Shown here: positions 1-12,434 of the stretch, piece by piece
Numbering within the stretch: position 1 is the first letter of the stretch
How the letters are laid out: every line of letters starts with the position of its first letter
Source: Octopus sinensis
Lineage: Eukaryota
Direction of reading: 5' to 3'
Length of the DNA stretch: 64,000 nucleotides
NCBI RefSeq assembly: GCF_006345805.1
Contig: NC_043001.1
Coordinates: 1,922,001 to 1,986,000 of the forward strand
Program-made: the position numbers and the translations under genes
The notes under the pieces: model-generated
Told to the model about the DNA's origin: nothing
Database searches by the model: none
What the model saw: the letters and a program-made list of their open reading frames with translations, nothing else

Positions 1-510
1 AATAGGCCAGACATCATAGTAAAAGACTTCAGACAAAAAACATGCCTCCTCATTGATATGACTGTCCCAATCGATATAAACGTATCTGTCAAGACCTACC
101 AAAAACTGAACAAGTATAAAGATCTTGAAATAGAAATCAGCAAAATGTGGAACCTGAAGACTAAAACAGTACCTGTTGTCATGGGTGCCCTGGGAATGCT
201 AGCAAAAGGGGCTGATTGTTACCTAACTCAGATACCAGGAAGTCCCAAAAATGGCAGAAATTCAAAAGATAGTGTTCATGGGAACTGCTCATATCCTACA
301 CAAAATACTTTCTATGTAATCTCAAGTTTTAAAAGAAACATAATTTTCGTATGGTTTTTTAGACATTCACTAGTACAACACTAAGTACAAAACCAAATAT
401 ATGGCACCCTAGGCATAACACCAACATGAACTTCCAACTTGTTGTCTCTTGAGGTCTCTGGGTGAGACTTGGAGCCAGCTTGTGCAAATGTAAAGCAAAA
501 GTAAAACATA
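1..510 (+). mobile_element. 3' end of R4/Dong-like RLE non-LTR retrotransposon (restriction-like endonuclease + 3' UTR)
   Basis: Frame 1 from base 1 reads NRPDIIVKD..CLLIDMTVP..K..KYKDLEIEI..W..KT..VPVVMGALG, a PD-(D/E)xK RLE motif. A frameshift near 245 continues MAEIQKIVFMGTAHILHKILSM* (stop 317-319). The 3' UTR runs into (TAA)n at 511. Confidence 0.85.
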
Positions 511-529
511 GAATAATAATAATAATAAC

Positions 530-573
<44 letters not shown>

Positions 574-581
574 AGATGATG

Positions 582-612
<31 letters not shown>

Positions 613-623
613 TGATGATGATG

Positions 624-683
<60 letters not shown>
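511..683. repeat. (TAA)n microsatellite with TGA variants
   Basis: Seen directly; explains the poly-Ile ORFs. Confidence 0.95.
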
Positions 684-686
<3 letters not shown>

Positions 687-1240
687 GCCCTGATGCAGTA
701 CCAGGCAGTGGCTCTCATGGCTTCTGATCTTAACTGATTGGAAGTGTTATCATGTACTTTGTTTTGTCTCGGTATAAAAGATGGGCTACAGCAAATATTC
801 TGCTCAATACCACAGATTTGCTTGTCAGTTGTTTGACCTTAACCAGTTGAGCATGTCCCTTAGTGGCTGACAATATGTGCATCTCTGATCACGAGCAGAA
901 GTAGTGGGGGAGCATCATAGCCATGTGTTGAGAGGGATTCTTTGGGGTTTGAATATTTCACCTCTGGAAACATGGGTGGTATTTTCAACATCCTTAAATA
1001 ACCCTTATTCAGGGACTGTTTGAGCGGGATGGGCTACTCAACCTGAAGAAAATTCTAACTGGGCCCCACCTGCAAGATCATGTGCTGTTTATCTTGATAT
1101 GAGATCACCATGTCGCGCACATATGGTTGTGATGCATGTGCCTGGTGTACCCTTATCAGACGGGTAGTCATGATGGGTATATTGGGCTTTGTATATTTTA
1201 CCCCAGTGTCACTTTGATGGCATGAACTGCTCTCTCACTC
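684..1240 (+). mobile_element. Non-coding ~557-bp interspersed element embedded in (TAA)n (putative non-autonomous partner of R4/Dong-like elements)
   Basis: Flanked by (TAA)n on both sides. Its 3' ~140 bp recurs at ~31415-31549, also between (TAA)n tracts. No ORF. Confidence 0.7.
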
Positions 1241-1290
1241 AATAATAATAATAATAATAATAATAACAATAATAATAATAATAATAATAA

Positions 1291-2270
1291 CTCCTGCTAC
1301 ATCTGATAAAATGGATAAGTGAATGTTTGAGTATATTCAGTGTAGCATACAACATAACAGCATTAATTAGCTTTAGCATGAAGAAATGGAAAGCAGATCT
1401 CTACTTAGGTGATACACTCTTAGAGAAAGTTAATATTAAAAGAGGAATTTCCCAGGGGGACTCGTTATCCCCTTTAATATTTGCCTAGTTGTTTGATCTC
1501 CCTCAGTTTAGTATTAAGGAAAGCAAAGGCAGTGTATCAGTTCAGAAATAGTAAGGAAAATATTAACCATTTGCTCTACATGGATGATCTGAAGCTTTTT
1601 AGTTAGAATGAAAAAGAAATAGATTCCTTAATACAGACTGCAAGACCCTTCAGCAAAGATATGGGCATGGAATTTGGCAGAGATAAGTGTGTAATATTAA
1701 TCATGAGAAGGGGACAGGTAAGTGAGCAGCGAAGGCATCCAATTACCTGATGGCCAAACATTAAAAACATTGATAAGGGGAGAGAGAGTTATAAGTATCT
1801 AGGAATATTAGAATCTGAGGGAGTACCAATTGCAGAAAGGAAAATGAAAATTGACAAGGAGTACATGAGAAGGGTGAGGAAGCTGATGAAGTCAAAGGTA
1901 AATGGTTCGAATCTTGTGAAGGCTGTAAATACTTGGGCTATATCATTACTTTGATACTCAGCAGCTTTTGTAGATTGGACAAAAACTGAATTAGCAAAAG
2001 TAGACAGAAGAACTGGAATGGAATTCAATGTGAATGGGGGGACTCCACCCAAGGGCAGGAGTAGCAAGATTGTAGCTACCTAGAAAGGAAGGTGGAATAG
2101 GGTTAATATCAGTAAAAGACTGCGTGGAGTTAGCTAGAATAGATATAGACTCTTATGTAGGTACTAGTAAAGAAAGTTTATTTTATGAATTGCATGGTAC
2201 CGTAAGCTGAAAGTAGGAAGCCTGTTATGCGTGCAAGACTCCAGGAATTCCTACAAAACCTGTGATAAGA
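1291..2270 (+). mobile_element. Degenerate RT fragment of R4/Dong-like RLE retrotransposon
   Basis: Translates with stops/frameshifts to IKRGISQGDSLSPLIF..INHLLYMDDLKLF..FSKDMGMEFGRDKC..YKYLGILE..VNGSNLVKAVNTWA (RT motifs QGDSLSP and YMDD). Confidence 0.85.
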
Positions 2271-2334
2271 AGAAATAATAATGATAATAATCCTTTCTTC
2301 TATAAGCACAAAACCAGAAATTTGGGTAGAGGAG

Positions 2335-2537
2335 AGAAGTTAGTGGATTCCATTGACCCCAGGGCACAACCGATATTTTATCAACCCCAATCGCATGAAA
2401 GACAAAGTTGAGTTTGACAGAATTTGAACTCATAATGTAAAAATGGACAATACTCTTGCTAAATATGTTGTCCAGCATGCTAACAATTCAGTTAGTGCAC
2501 CACTTTTGCAGCAGCAGCAGCAGTACTAGTAGTAGTC

Positions 2538-2579
<42 letters not shown>

Positions 2580-2615
2580 ATAGTAGTAGTAGTAATGATA
2601 ATGATAATAATAATA

Positions 2616-2646
<31 letters not shown>

Positions 2647-2875
2647 TGATAATAATGGTCTCAAACTTTGTCACAGGTGGCAGTTTTTGCAGGGATGGGT
2701 GAGTTAATGACATTGACCCCCAGTACTTGACTGGTAATTCCGTTTTTCAACCCCGTAAATGATGAAAGCAAAGCTGGCCTTGTTGGGATTTGATCTCAGA
2801 ACACGAAGATGGATGAACTACAGCAAATTATATTGTCTTGGTGGACAAGAAATTCCACCCCACCAGCTTGCCACC
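2335..2875 (-). mobile_element. Two decayed tRNA-like SINE copies separated by a CAG/TAG/TAA repeat (~2510-2655)
   Basis: Reverse-complement similarity to the SINE at 53000-53222 (gatttgaactca B-box-like motif, ttgacccc, gctaacaattc). Confidence 0.55.
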
Positions 2876-3950
2876 TTAACAAGAACACCACCAACAACAA
2901 CAGCAATAATAATAAACAAAATCATAATAATAACAGCAACAACACCAAAAAGAAAATAGTGAAAAACAATAAAATTATATAGAAGAAGAAAAAAATAAAA
3001 TGAAATAAATTGGAAGAAAATATAAAATATAAGTTTGGACTCCCTCTCTCCACCACACCACACCCATCCCCGGAAGATTCCCCTCAAATAAATTAAAGGA
3101 TCCATCATTTCTGCTGTATAAATCTAACCAGCAATTATGCGGTATTATTCAAGTTTCCTACAACAGCTATTTTATCCTGATACGTGAGGTTGAGGGCCTT
3201 TTTTTTTATCCTTTCTCCCTAAACAAATCTGAAAAGATGTTAATAAGCCTCCTTCAGTGAGCTTCTTTCACCACCACCACCACCACCACTGTCACTGACT
3301 CCCCTGCCACCACCACCACCACCCTTAAAATTCTTTTGGATTCGTTAATATTCATGCTGCATTGTAATTTGTTTAATTTCTCATCATTATTATTATTATT
3401 ATTTAACTTCTCTGTTTAATTGCTGTCGTGATTGTTGTTGTTGTTGTTGTTGTTGCTACTTACAGAGTCCTTATCTGAGAATTTGGGAAAACTTTCGAAA
3501 ACAACAACCATAACATCAGCAACAATATTAACGATGATGATGATGACGATAGTGATGATGATGGTAATACTAACAAGATGATGATGATGATGATGATGAT
3601 GGTAATAATAAGATGATGATGATGATGATGATAGTTATCTCAAACTACTCATACTGATGATGCAATCATAATAAGAAGGAAAAAAGAACAAAAAAAAATA
3701 AGAGGAAGAGAAGAAGAAAGATGAAGAGGAGGAGGAGAAGGAGGAGGAAGAAGCAAAAAGTATTTAATTTGAATTAAGGGAAATCACAATAATCAAGAGA
3801 TATTAGAAATTATTAGCCACAGCTCTTCTCTCCTCCTTATTTAATGCCTGGTTTTGTTATTTAGACATTTATCATGCTTTATGCGTGTACGGACCTTATT
3901 TAGATATTTATGCATTTATGTATTGCACACGAGTGTGTGCCTGTTCACGC

Positions 3951-3985
<35 letters not shown>

Positions 3986-4139
3986 TATATGCATTTCTAT
4001 TCATATATGTATGTAAATATGAGTGTGTGAGTGTGTGAGTGTCTGTGTGTGTGTGTATTTGTTTCTGTGCTTCTTATAAATATTTATTTATTTATTCTGT
4101 TCTGAAAGCAATGAGGTTTAGAAAGAAAACAATGTGCTG

Positions 4140-4201
4140 ACTACGGAAACACACACACACACACACACAATCATGTACATATGTATATATATGTGCATGA
4201 G

Positions 4202-4243
<42 letters not shown>

Positions 4244-4351
4244 CACATATGTATATGTATATATATATATATACACATATATATATGTGTAAATATATAT
4301 ATATATGTATATATATATATGTGTGTATATATATATGTATATATATGTGTA

Positions 4352-4403
<52 letters not shown>

Positions 4404-4410
4404 ATATATG

Positions 4411-4447
<37 letters not shown>

Positions 4448-4553
4448 CACATATGTATATGTATATATATATATACACATATATATATGTGTAAATATAT
4501 ATATATATGTATATATATATATGTGTGTATATATATATGTATATATATGTGTA

Positions 4554-4608
<55 letters not shown>

Positions 4609-4612
4609 GTAT

Positions 4613-4663
<51 letters not shown>

Positions 4664-4725
4664 GTATACATACACACATATACATACAAATGTGTATACA
4701 AACATGCCCTCACACACACACATGC
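4140..4725. repeat. Compound (CA)/(TA)/(TG) microsatellite with ~204-bp internal duplication
   Basis: The block catacacatatgtatatg... starts at 4240 and again at 4444. Confidence 0.9.
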
Positions 4726-5542
4726 AATAACAATAACCAGAATACAAATGAACAACAAAAGTACACTGACAGCTGAGGAGGAAGGAAGAAAGAAACACGT
4801 TAACTTTCCCTTCCAATTAATCCTATCTAATTTAGTGTAAATAATAATTAATAGTAATGGTATTATGTCTAAACTAACAGTTGAGTGTTGGGAGGGGGAG
4901 GGAGACGGTAAGGGTGGCGTTATGGGGAGAAGAGGATTGAGGAGAGGTGGAGGGGGAGAAAGGAGGGAGAGCTGCTGGGGGTGGAGGCGGAGGAAAGTTG
5001 AAGGAGATTGTTGTTGGCTGAGAAAATGTGGTGGTTTCATTTTGAATTGAATGAGAGAATAATAAATAGAGAAATAATGAATAGGGATATTGATGATGAT
5101 GATGATGGTGATAGCGATGATGATGGCGATGAGGATGGCGATGAGGATGATGATGATAATGATGATAGGAATTTTTATAAATTCACTATGGTGGTGGTGG
5201 TGATGATGATAATGGTGATGGGGATAATGGTGATGGTGGTGATGATGATGAGGATGATGATGATAATGATGATGATGGTGGTGGTGGTGGTGATGATGAT
5301 GATAAGGATGAGGATGAGGATGTGGATGAAGGTGTTGTACTTTAAAACAGGTGTTCCTCTCATGACAAAATGCTTAGTTACAGAGATGTAAACAAACCAA
5401 CACTGGTTACCAAGCAGCAGAGGAAGAAACAAAGACACACACACACAACAATCAACCTTATCTTATCAATTCACATCCGCTTTCCTGTGCCCCTGCAGCC
5501 CCCCTCCTTAAAAATTTCGGGCCCGGTGCCTAGAGTAGAAAA

Positions 5543-5600
<58 letters not shown>

Positions 5601-5629
5601 CATATATACATATATATGTATATATATAT

Positions 5630-5810
5630 AGTTAATCCAAACATGAAAACACAACAATGCAAGGACGTGGAACAAGTATAGTATTATTGGATGCTCAGGA
5701 AAGGAAAGAACGAAGGAGGATTTAACATTTCGAGCAGAGCTCTTCGTCAGAAACATAGAAAAAGGAAAGGTCAAATGAAGGGAAGACTGAGAAAGAAAAT
5801 CGCCAACAAT
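5630..5810 (-). mobile_element. Short non-coding hammerhead-bearing module ending in (TA)n (PLE pLTR-derived / retrozyme-like)
   Basis: On the minus strand, the HHR motif is followed by ~90 nt and then the (TA)n tract at 5545-5630. Same layout as 13890-14030. Confidence 0.6.
5720..5754 (-). ncRNA. Minimal type-I hammerhead ribozyme motif, canonical core
   Basis: Minus: GUUU CUGACGA A GAGC ucu GCUC GAA AUGU U AAAU. Stem II GAGC/GCUC; stem I GUUU/AAAU; stem III near-palindromic (AUGU, likely CpG-decayed ACGU). Confidence 0.7.
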
Positions 5811-5937
5811 ACCCATGTGGTCACAGAGAATAAACCATTTTTAGAGCGAAAATTTATTTACATTATAATATAAAAAAAACTTAATGTAAGACATTAAAAA
5901 ACACATATAAAGCCAACAATTTGTTTTCACTTATATA

Positions 5938-6109
5938 CAGTAGTGAATTAATAAAAATTGCTCTCCATATATGCAAGCCTCTTTAGGGCCATGGTTCAAA
6001 AGAACATATGGAATTCCATGTCAAATTGGCAGTATTTGTGTGTTCTTTTGAACCATGGCCCTAAAGAGGCTTGCATATATGGAGAGCAATTTTTATTAAT
6101 TCACTACTG
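5938..6109. mobile_element. MITE (Tc1/mariner-type) with perfect 69-bp TIRs and TA flanks
   Basis: 5938-6006 is the exact reverse complement of 6041-6109. Spacer 34 bp; termini CAGT..ACTG; flanked by TA. Confidence 0.85.
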
Positions 6110-6451
6110 TATATAAATGAAAAAAAATTGTTGGCTTTATATGTGTTTTTTAAGGATTTGTTATCTTATTTTTTATTATATCATAATATATTTTTTATAG
6201 TATATTATATTATATTATATTATAATGTAAATGAATTTTTACTTTTTCAATTCTATTTCTCTATTTCATTTAATATTTGTATATTATAATTATAGCCTTT
6301 TATCGGTGGTATTCAACTGTTGTACCAGTGAATTGGATGTTTTACATCCCTTTGAAGGAATTGGCTTTTTTCTTTGTTTGATTTATAATATATATATATA
6401 CCATCATCATCATCATCATCATCATTGTCGTCGTCGTCATGTCATCATCAT

Positions 6452-6760
6452 CATTTAATGTCTGTTGTCCATGCTGGCATGAGTTGGATGGTTTGACTGG
6501 GGCTGGCATACTGGAAGGCTGCACCAAACTCCAGTCTGATTTGACATGGTTTTCTACAGTTGGATGTCCTTCCTAATGCCAACCACACTGAGAGTGTAAT
6601 GTGTGCTTTTACCTACTACCGGTCTGGGTGCCATTTGGGTGACACTGGGGTGTACTTACGAGTGACAACATTTTTTCATGGTGATGTTTTAAGAGAAAAT
6701 GTTTCACGGTTGGATGCTTCTCCTGCCATCAACACTTTTAGTTGTTGCTTATGACACCCA
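6452..6760 (-). mobile_element. SINE with LINE(RTE)-like 3' tail and (GAT)n end
   Basis: Reverse complement of the family motif ttaggaagg(g/a)catcca.ctgtagaaa..ccagcatgga..aaatgatgatg. Confidence 0.7.
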
Positions 6761-7412
6761 AGGACACAGAGTAACTACACTAAAAGCAGGTTAACTATGT
6801 TTCTGCATTTGTTTTGTTTGTGCATAGAAGTGTAAAGTGGTGGAAATACGTTTTGGTAGAAAAGTTTATACAAAAGAGATAAACTGTGTAAAAATACTGA
6901 TGTCACGTGAACTTTGTCTTTTGATAAACTAACAAGATTAGATTTTGGGTTGCGTATAATTGACTAGAACCCTGAAAGTCACTTCCCGAGCATGAAGGCA
7001 ATCTGATGATAGAAAATGGTGAAAGAATAAAAGAATGAAAGAAATACAAGAATAAAAGAATCTGAACCTATATATTCAGGGGTCAATAAACAAATCTAAG
7101 AACCTAATTCGATATTATAAACCCAGATTTAACCTTCTGCTCTCAATGTCATATTTATATTCCAGCAAATATAAAAGTCTGTTTTGACCAAAAGAGGCTT
7201 AAATTGTAATTCAGGGAAAATCTCTGAGAGAATTAATGTCAAACCTTATCACCAGAAATGTGGAACTACAAATCCCAAAATCCAGTCATTGCTGATGTCA
7301 AAATATTAATAATAGTGATGATGATGATGATGATAACGACAAGAACTATGACAATAACCACAGCAACAATGTAAACGACAATAATAATATTAATAATAAA
7401 GATAATAATCAT

Positions 7413-7582
7413 GGCTTCTGATTTAGGCACAAGGTCTGTAATTTTGAGGGGCGGGGTGTTGATACGATTGACCCCGATGTTTGGCTGGCACTTTATTTCA
7501 TCAGCCCCTGAGGAATAAAAGGCAAAGTTAACATCAGTGGGATTTGAACTCATAATAAATGTAAATTCTGCCAATCTGCCAG
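7413..7582 (-). mobile_element. tRNA-like SINE copy (family of 53000-53222)
   Basis: ggcacaagg, ttgacccc, ggcaaagtt, gatttgaactca motifs in reverse orientation. Confidence 0.6.
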
Positions 7583-7589
7583 AATAACA

Positions 7590-7722
7590 ACAACAACAAT
7601 AATAATAATAAAAGAAGAGGAGGAGGAAGAAGAAGAAGAAGAAGAAGAAGAAGAAGAAGAAGAAGAAGAAGAAGAAGAAGAAGAAGAAGAAGAAGAAGAA
7701 GAAGAAGAAGAAGAAGAAGACG
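7590..7722. repeat. (CAA)/(TAA)/(GAA)n trinucleotide tract
   Basis: Seen directly. Confidence 0.9.
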
Positions 7723-7754
7723 AAGACCAACTGTTCCTGTGATAAGCAGAGCTT

Positions 7755-7885
7755 CATGGATAATATAAATGGCACTTTTAAACACTGTAGCAAAATACCA
7801 GGAAACCTCAAAGTATCAGAACTACAAAAATTGTTCTCATGGATACTGCCTCCGTTTTAAGAAAGATTCTGTCAATCTGACAATA
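7755..7885 (+). mobile_element. Extreme 3' end of an R4-like RLE ORF
   Basis: KHCSKIPGNLKVSELQKIVLMDTASVLRKILSI*, homologous to the C-terminus at 245-319. Confidence 0.65.
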
Positions 7886-8139
7886 CATGACTCTTTTAAA
7901 CTCATTCAAAATCACAAATATTACATTAAACTTTTAATGAACAAAACAAGGAATCCCACAGATCTAAGCTCCCTCTGACCACCATGGGCACAAGTGGACA
8001 GACATGAGCTCTGTATATTCTGCATGGGCACAGTTCATAGGGTTCAGTCTCTGTGTAACACAATCTATATACAATCACCACACAACAACAGAACTCACCC
8101 AGCCATTAATGTACACAACTTCCAATAAAATAAAAATGA

Positions 8140-8262
8140 TTTCAAATTTTAGCATAAGGCCAGCAATTTCGGTGGGAGGGAGCAAGTTGATTACATCAAC
8201 CCCAGTACACAACTGGTACTTATTTTGCCCAGCATGCTAACAATTCTGTCAGTTCACTGCCC
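8140..8262 (-). mobile_element. Internally deleted tRNA-like SINE
   Basis: Both ends match the 53000-53222 family in reverse. Confidence 0.55.
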
Positions 8263-8879
8263 TACCTCCCTACAGAATAATGACTTTTATATAATGAAGA
8301 AGCAATAAATTTTACAATGCTTCCTGTGCCCTACCAATATACCATACTCTACAGAACTGGCACCTAATAATATATCAACACATTTACTTTACTCAACTGC
8401 TACTCTACATGATTACCAAAAGTGCAGCCCATACTTCACCAAAACCTCACTCCACACTAGCACTCATTCCCACCATTCTCAAATGCCAAACAACACAGAT
8501 ACAAAGCACTAAAACAATGCCAGAAGCAACAAAGAAAAGTTGATGTTGTACGCAAGCATCATTGTACGACCCCAGATGACAATACTAGACACATCTGAAA
8601 AGCTCTATCAGGTGGGGCAGTAAGAACTTGCGTAAAACATTGGGAAATATGTTAACAATAATGATTTGTTTCATTGCCCTCAAGGGTCCAAGATGTCAGT
8701 GACAGGAAATAAAAGAGCCAAATGATAAAATAAACAAATAAGTGAATATGGTGGATTTGCATGGAGTTAAAGGGGGAGATTGTCGATGACAATAGAGAGA
8801 GATTAATAACGAGATTAGAATGTTTCATAACAACAACATTGTAACATGAACAACAAAATGGCTGTCTTCATTTTTTGAC

Positions 8880-8934
8880 GACGACGACGACGACGCTGAT
8901 GATATAAATGATGATGAGGAGGAGGAGAAGGACG

Positions 8935-8973
<39 letters not shown>

Positions 8974-9218
8974 TAATAATAATAATAATAATGATGATGA
9001 TGATTTGTTTTATTGCCATAAAGGCGATAGGAGAGATGTTATAAGTCATTACTGATGTAAAAACAACAATAATAATAACAACAACAATAATGCTTATATT
9101 AACACTACAACTCCTAATAATAATAATAATAAAAATGATAATAATAATAATGATAATAATAATAATGATGATGATGATGATAATAATAATAATAACATTA
9201 ATAATAATAATAATGATG

Positions 9219-9260
<42 letters not shown>

Positions 9261-9345
9261 TTGATAATAATAATAATAATGATAATAATAATAATAATGA
9301 TAATGATAGTAGCAACATCAGTGACAACAACAGTAGAAAGAGCAG
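8880..9345. repeat. Compound (GAC/GAT/TAA)n trinucleotide region
   Basis: Seen directly. Confidence 0.9.
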
Positions 9346-9899
9346 CATCCTAAATAATGTTGTGTAGTAATTCAAATGAAATAGAAACAAGAGGAGAACA
9401 ATGAATTGATGTTAGGCATAATCTGAAGTCATATGTGGGAAGTGAGAGAAACAATAGCAATCTAATGAAGAGGAGAAGCAATGAGTGTTTGGTTGAGTTG
9501 GATCAATGGCTGCTGGATTCTGTGGTGTCATTGCCAGGATAATGGAATGGTAAGAGGTGAGAGTGATCCAACGAAATTGCTATTGAAAGCAGCTCTTCGT
9601 CCCTGACACCTTTTCAATTGTACGAGGCTACCTGTGCCAGGGGAAGAACAACAATGAAAATCACATCTATTGCTGGCTGAGATCTTTGCTTTGAATTCCA
9701 ATTACAGAACCTTCAAATGAAATTTTCTTATCATAATATGTGCTACAAAAGCTGTGAAATTGAGCTACAAAGAATGAGAACTTGAGTTCAAATTTTACTA
9801 CTGTTGTTGTGTTGTCCTTCACCAAATAACTGAATCCTAAATCTATCTCCTCATGTTTTGTGTGATCAATTAAAAGTTAAAAATGAAATGACTCTGTGC

Positions 9900-10060
9900 T
9901 TCCTTCGTAACTTTGTGCTCCATGAGTCAAAACGCAATGCGGTACCACTGACTTTCAGAAACAATTTTATGCCTAAAATTGTCAAAGCATGGATTAAACT
10001 GCCCACATAAATTGTTAGTTGTCAGGACAGTGTATCCTTAAAAATGTCTGTGCTTTGTAA
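9900..10060 (+). mobile_element. Possible CR1/Jockey LINE C-terminal remnant
   Basis: RNNFMPKIVKAWIKLPT*IVSCQDSVSLK resembles the CR1-type FFxxRVVxxWNxLP C-terminal motif. Confidence 0.35.
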
Positions 10061-10517
10061 AACTTACCAACATTGCTTCTGACATAGTTACTTAGTAAGT
10101 CCACATTATTCCATGGAGAGCATAGCGCTGTGGCTCTTTCATGCTAGTGGATGCAATTTTGGATTCCTTCTTGATTTCAGACCAAGTGAGAGACCGATTG
10201 CTTTCACTTCATCCTCCATGCATCATTTCCAGCTCTTCTTACCCCATCCAGCTTTCCACTTTCCTCGCATACTTATCTATTTATATCTTTATTGCTCTTT
10301 TCTTATTCCTTTTTCCCTTTTATCCTGCCTGCTGTGCTTGTACTTCTAGCTCCTTTCATTGCTGTCTTTCTTCATTTGACTTAGAGTTGCTTTGTGTCGC
10401 CTCTTTTACTTTCTCAACAAAGAGTTGTGCACCTGAGCACAATCTTGTTATTGTTATACATTCATTATATTATACACACTGTATGCAATAATCCCATTAC
10501 AATATGGCAGGAAATAA

Positions 10518-10710
10518 GGCAGGGAGCTGGCAGAACCCTTAGCACACCAGGCAAAAGGATTAGTGGCACTTTTTCTCCGTCTTTGCATTGTGAGGTCAAA
10601 TTTCACTGATGTTTACTTTGCCTTTCATCTTTTTGGGGGTTGATGAAATAAGCACCAGATGCAATCGACTTACACCTCATCCAAAATTACTGGCCTTCTG
10701 CCTAAATTAT
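10518..10710 (+). mobile_element. Decayed tRNA-like SINE (family of 53000-53222)
   Basis: ggcagggagctggcagaa start, tttactttgcctttcatc, ggccttctgcc end. Confidence 0.6.
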
Positions 10711-11719
10711 CATCATTAATATTATTATTATTATTATCATTATTATTATTATCATCATCATCATCATTATTATGATCGCAATAGTAATTTACCATTGGAC
10801 AATGATAAAATCATAGTGACACACCAGAAATATTATGTTATTAGATTATAAGCTTACAGCAATACAATATTTTTAGAAACTTGTAAAAAGAAAAAAAAAA
10901 ACAACCCTAATCTAAACATAATTATCTGAGAGTAAATTTATAGATACTGTTGGTCAAATTTTATAATTTCATTGAACTTAGTTTGACAGCAATTTAATAG
11001 ATAAATTTATGAAAAATGATAAGTAATAACTACAGCAATCAAATATCTTGTAATTGGATATTTACCAAAGGAATAAATTAATCAAAAATAAATAGTTCCA
11101 TGAATTTTGTTTTGGACATTTTAATGAATTCTTTGAGATGAAAAAATAAATAGAAAAAGAAAAAAAAATGAGTAATGCTGGAATGTCATCATATGCCAGG
11201 AATGTGTCTTCCTTCTAACCTTGATGCAATAAAATATCGGTTCCTATCAGATTATCAAATGTGAAATAATACCAAAATTGATTGGCACTGATGTTGGAAA
11301 TCTATAGGCTTTCTTTTTTTCTCTTTTACTAAATAATATGTCTGTGCATTTCTTAAATATTTGCCATTATTTTCAATGTCTATCATAGGTTTATTTAAAT
11401 TAAAAGAAAAACAAAATTTGGAGATTTGTCTTATCAGGTTTTTAAGTTAGAAATTTATAAATGATACACAACTGTTGTTATTTAACCACAGGACAACTCC
11501 CAGCAGACCTAGAATAAAACATATTCTGGCTGAGTTTCTAGAATGGCATTATCTAATATGCCCTTCCTTATTTTTAAGACAGTAAGATGTGATTTCAGAG
11601 GGACCCAGTTATTATTTTGATTAATTCAAATCTCACTGTTTCAATATGACTATATATACATGTAAATATTCGTACATACATACATACATAAATATATACA
11701 TTCACATGCACATATATAT

Positions 11720-11723
11720 GTAA

Positions 11724-11759
<36 letters not shown>

Positions 11760-11762
11760 GAG

Positions 11763-11829
<67 letters not shown>

Positions 11830-11860
11830 GATAGATAGATAGAGAGATAGACAGATAGAA
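11720..11860. repeat. (GA)n + (GATA)n microsatellite
   Basis: Seen directly. Confidence 0.9.
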
Positions 11861-11957
11861 ATATATCTACATAGCCAATAACAGATATTACAATACAGTA
11901 GGAATTCTCCCTTTAGTAGATATAACATGTGGAAATCCCTAAGTATCAGTAGAGTTT

Positions 11958-12051
11958 AAGAATTTTAATATGAGAAGATGGAATGAACAGGCTTTTTTAC
12001 AAAAATAGTATTAAAAAAATGTCCATTCCATCTTGTCATATTAGAATTCTT
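11958..12051. repeat. Imperfect inverted repeat (~32-bp arms), MITE-like
   Basis: aagaattttaatatgagaagatggaatgaaca versus the reverse complement of tgtccattccatcttgtcatattagaattctt (3 mismatches). Confidence 0.6.
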
Positions 12052-12434
12052 TTATGTATATATATGTACTCATTAACTGTCCAGTAGGGGGCCGAAGGGG
12101 TCATCTATGAGGCTGCGGTGACACCAAGATCTGGCAACCACCTTACCAGCAATGTACCATCCAACAACAATGGTAGCAGGATCACCAGCTCCAATGCCAT
12201 CGACCCCAGTATAAATGCCACAGCCAAAGTTGATGACCAGTCTGGTTCCAATGACACAGAGGAGGTAACTGATGGTGCCAGTACCATCCCCACAGCAAGA
12301 GATGAGGACCAGACCAGCATCATCAACAATGAGGAAGTAACCAACCCTGCACCCTATGTTACCAGCAGCAGAACCCACACCACCACCACCAGCATCAGCA
12401 CCAACTATGTGACCAGAAACATCAACCATGACAT

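Noticed and set aside
4881-4907. 27-nt candidate microexon (ctaacag / ACG-gtaagg) and adjacent G-rich tract
   Set aside because: No polypyrimidine tract, lies in low-complexity purine DNA, and cannot be supported without transcripts.
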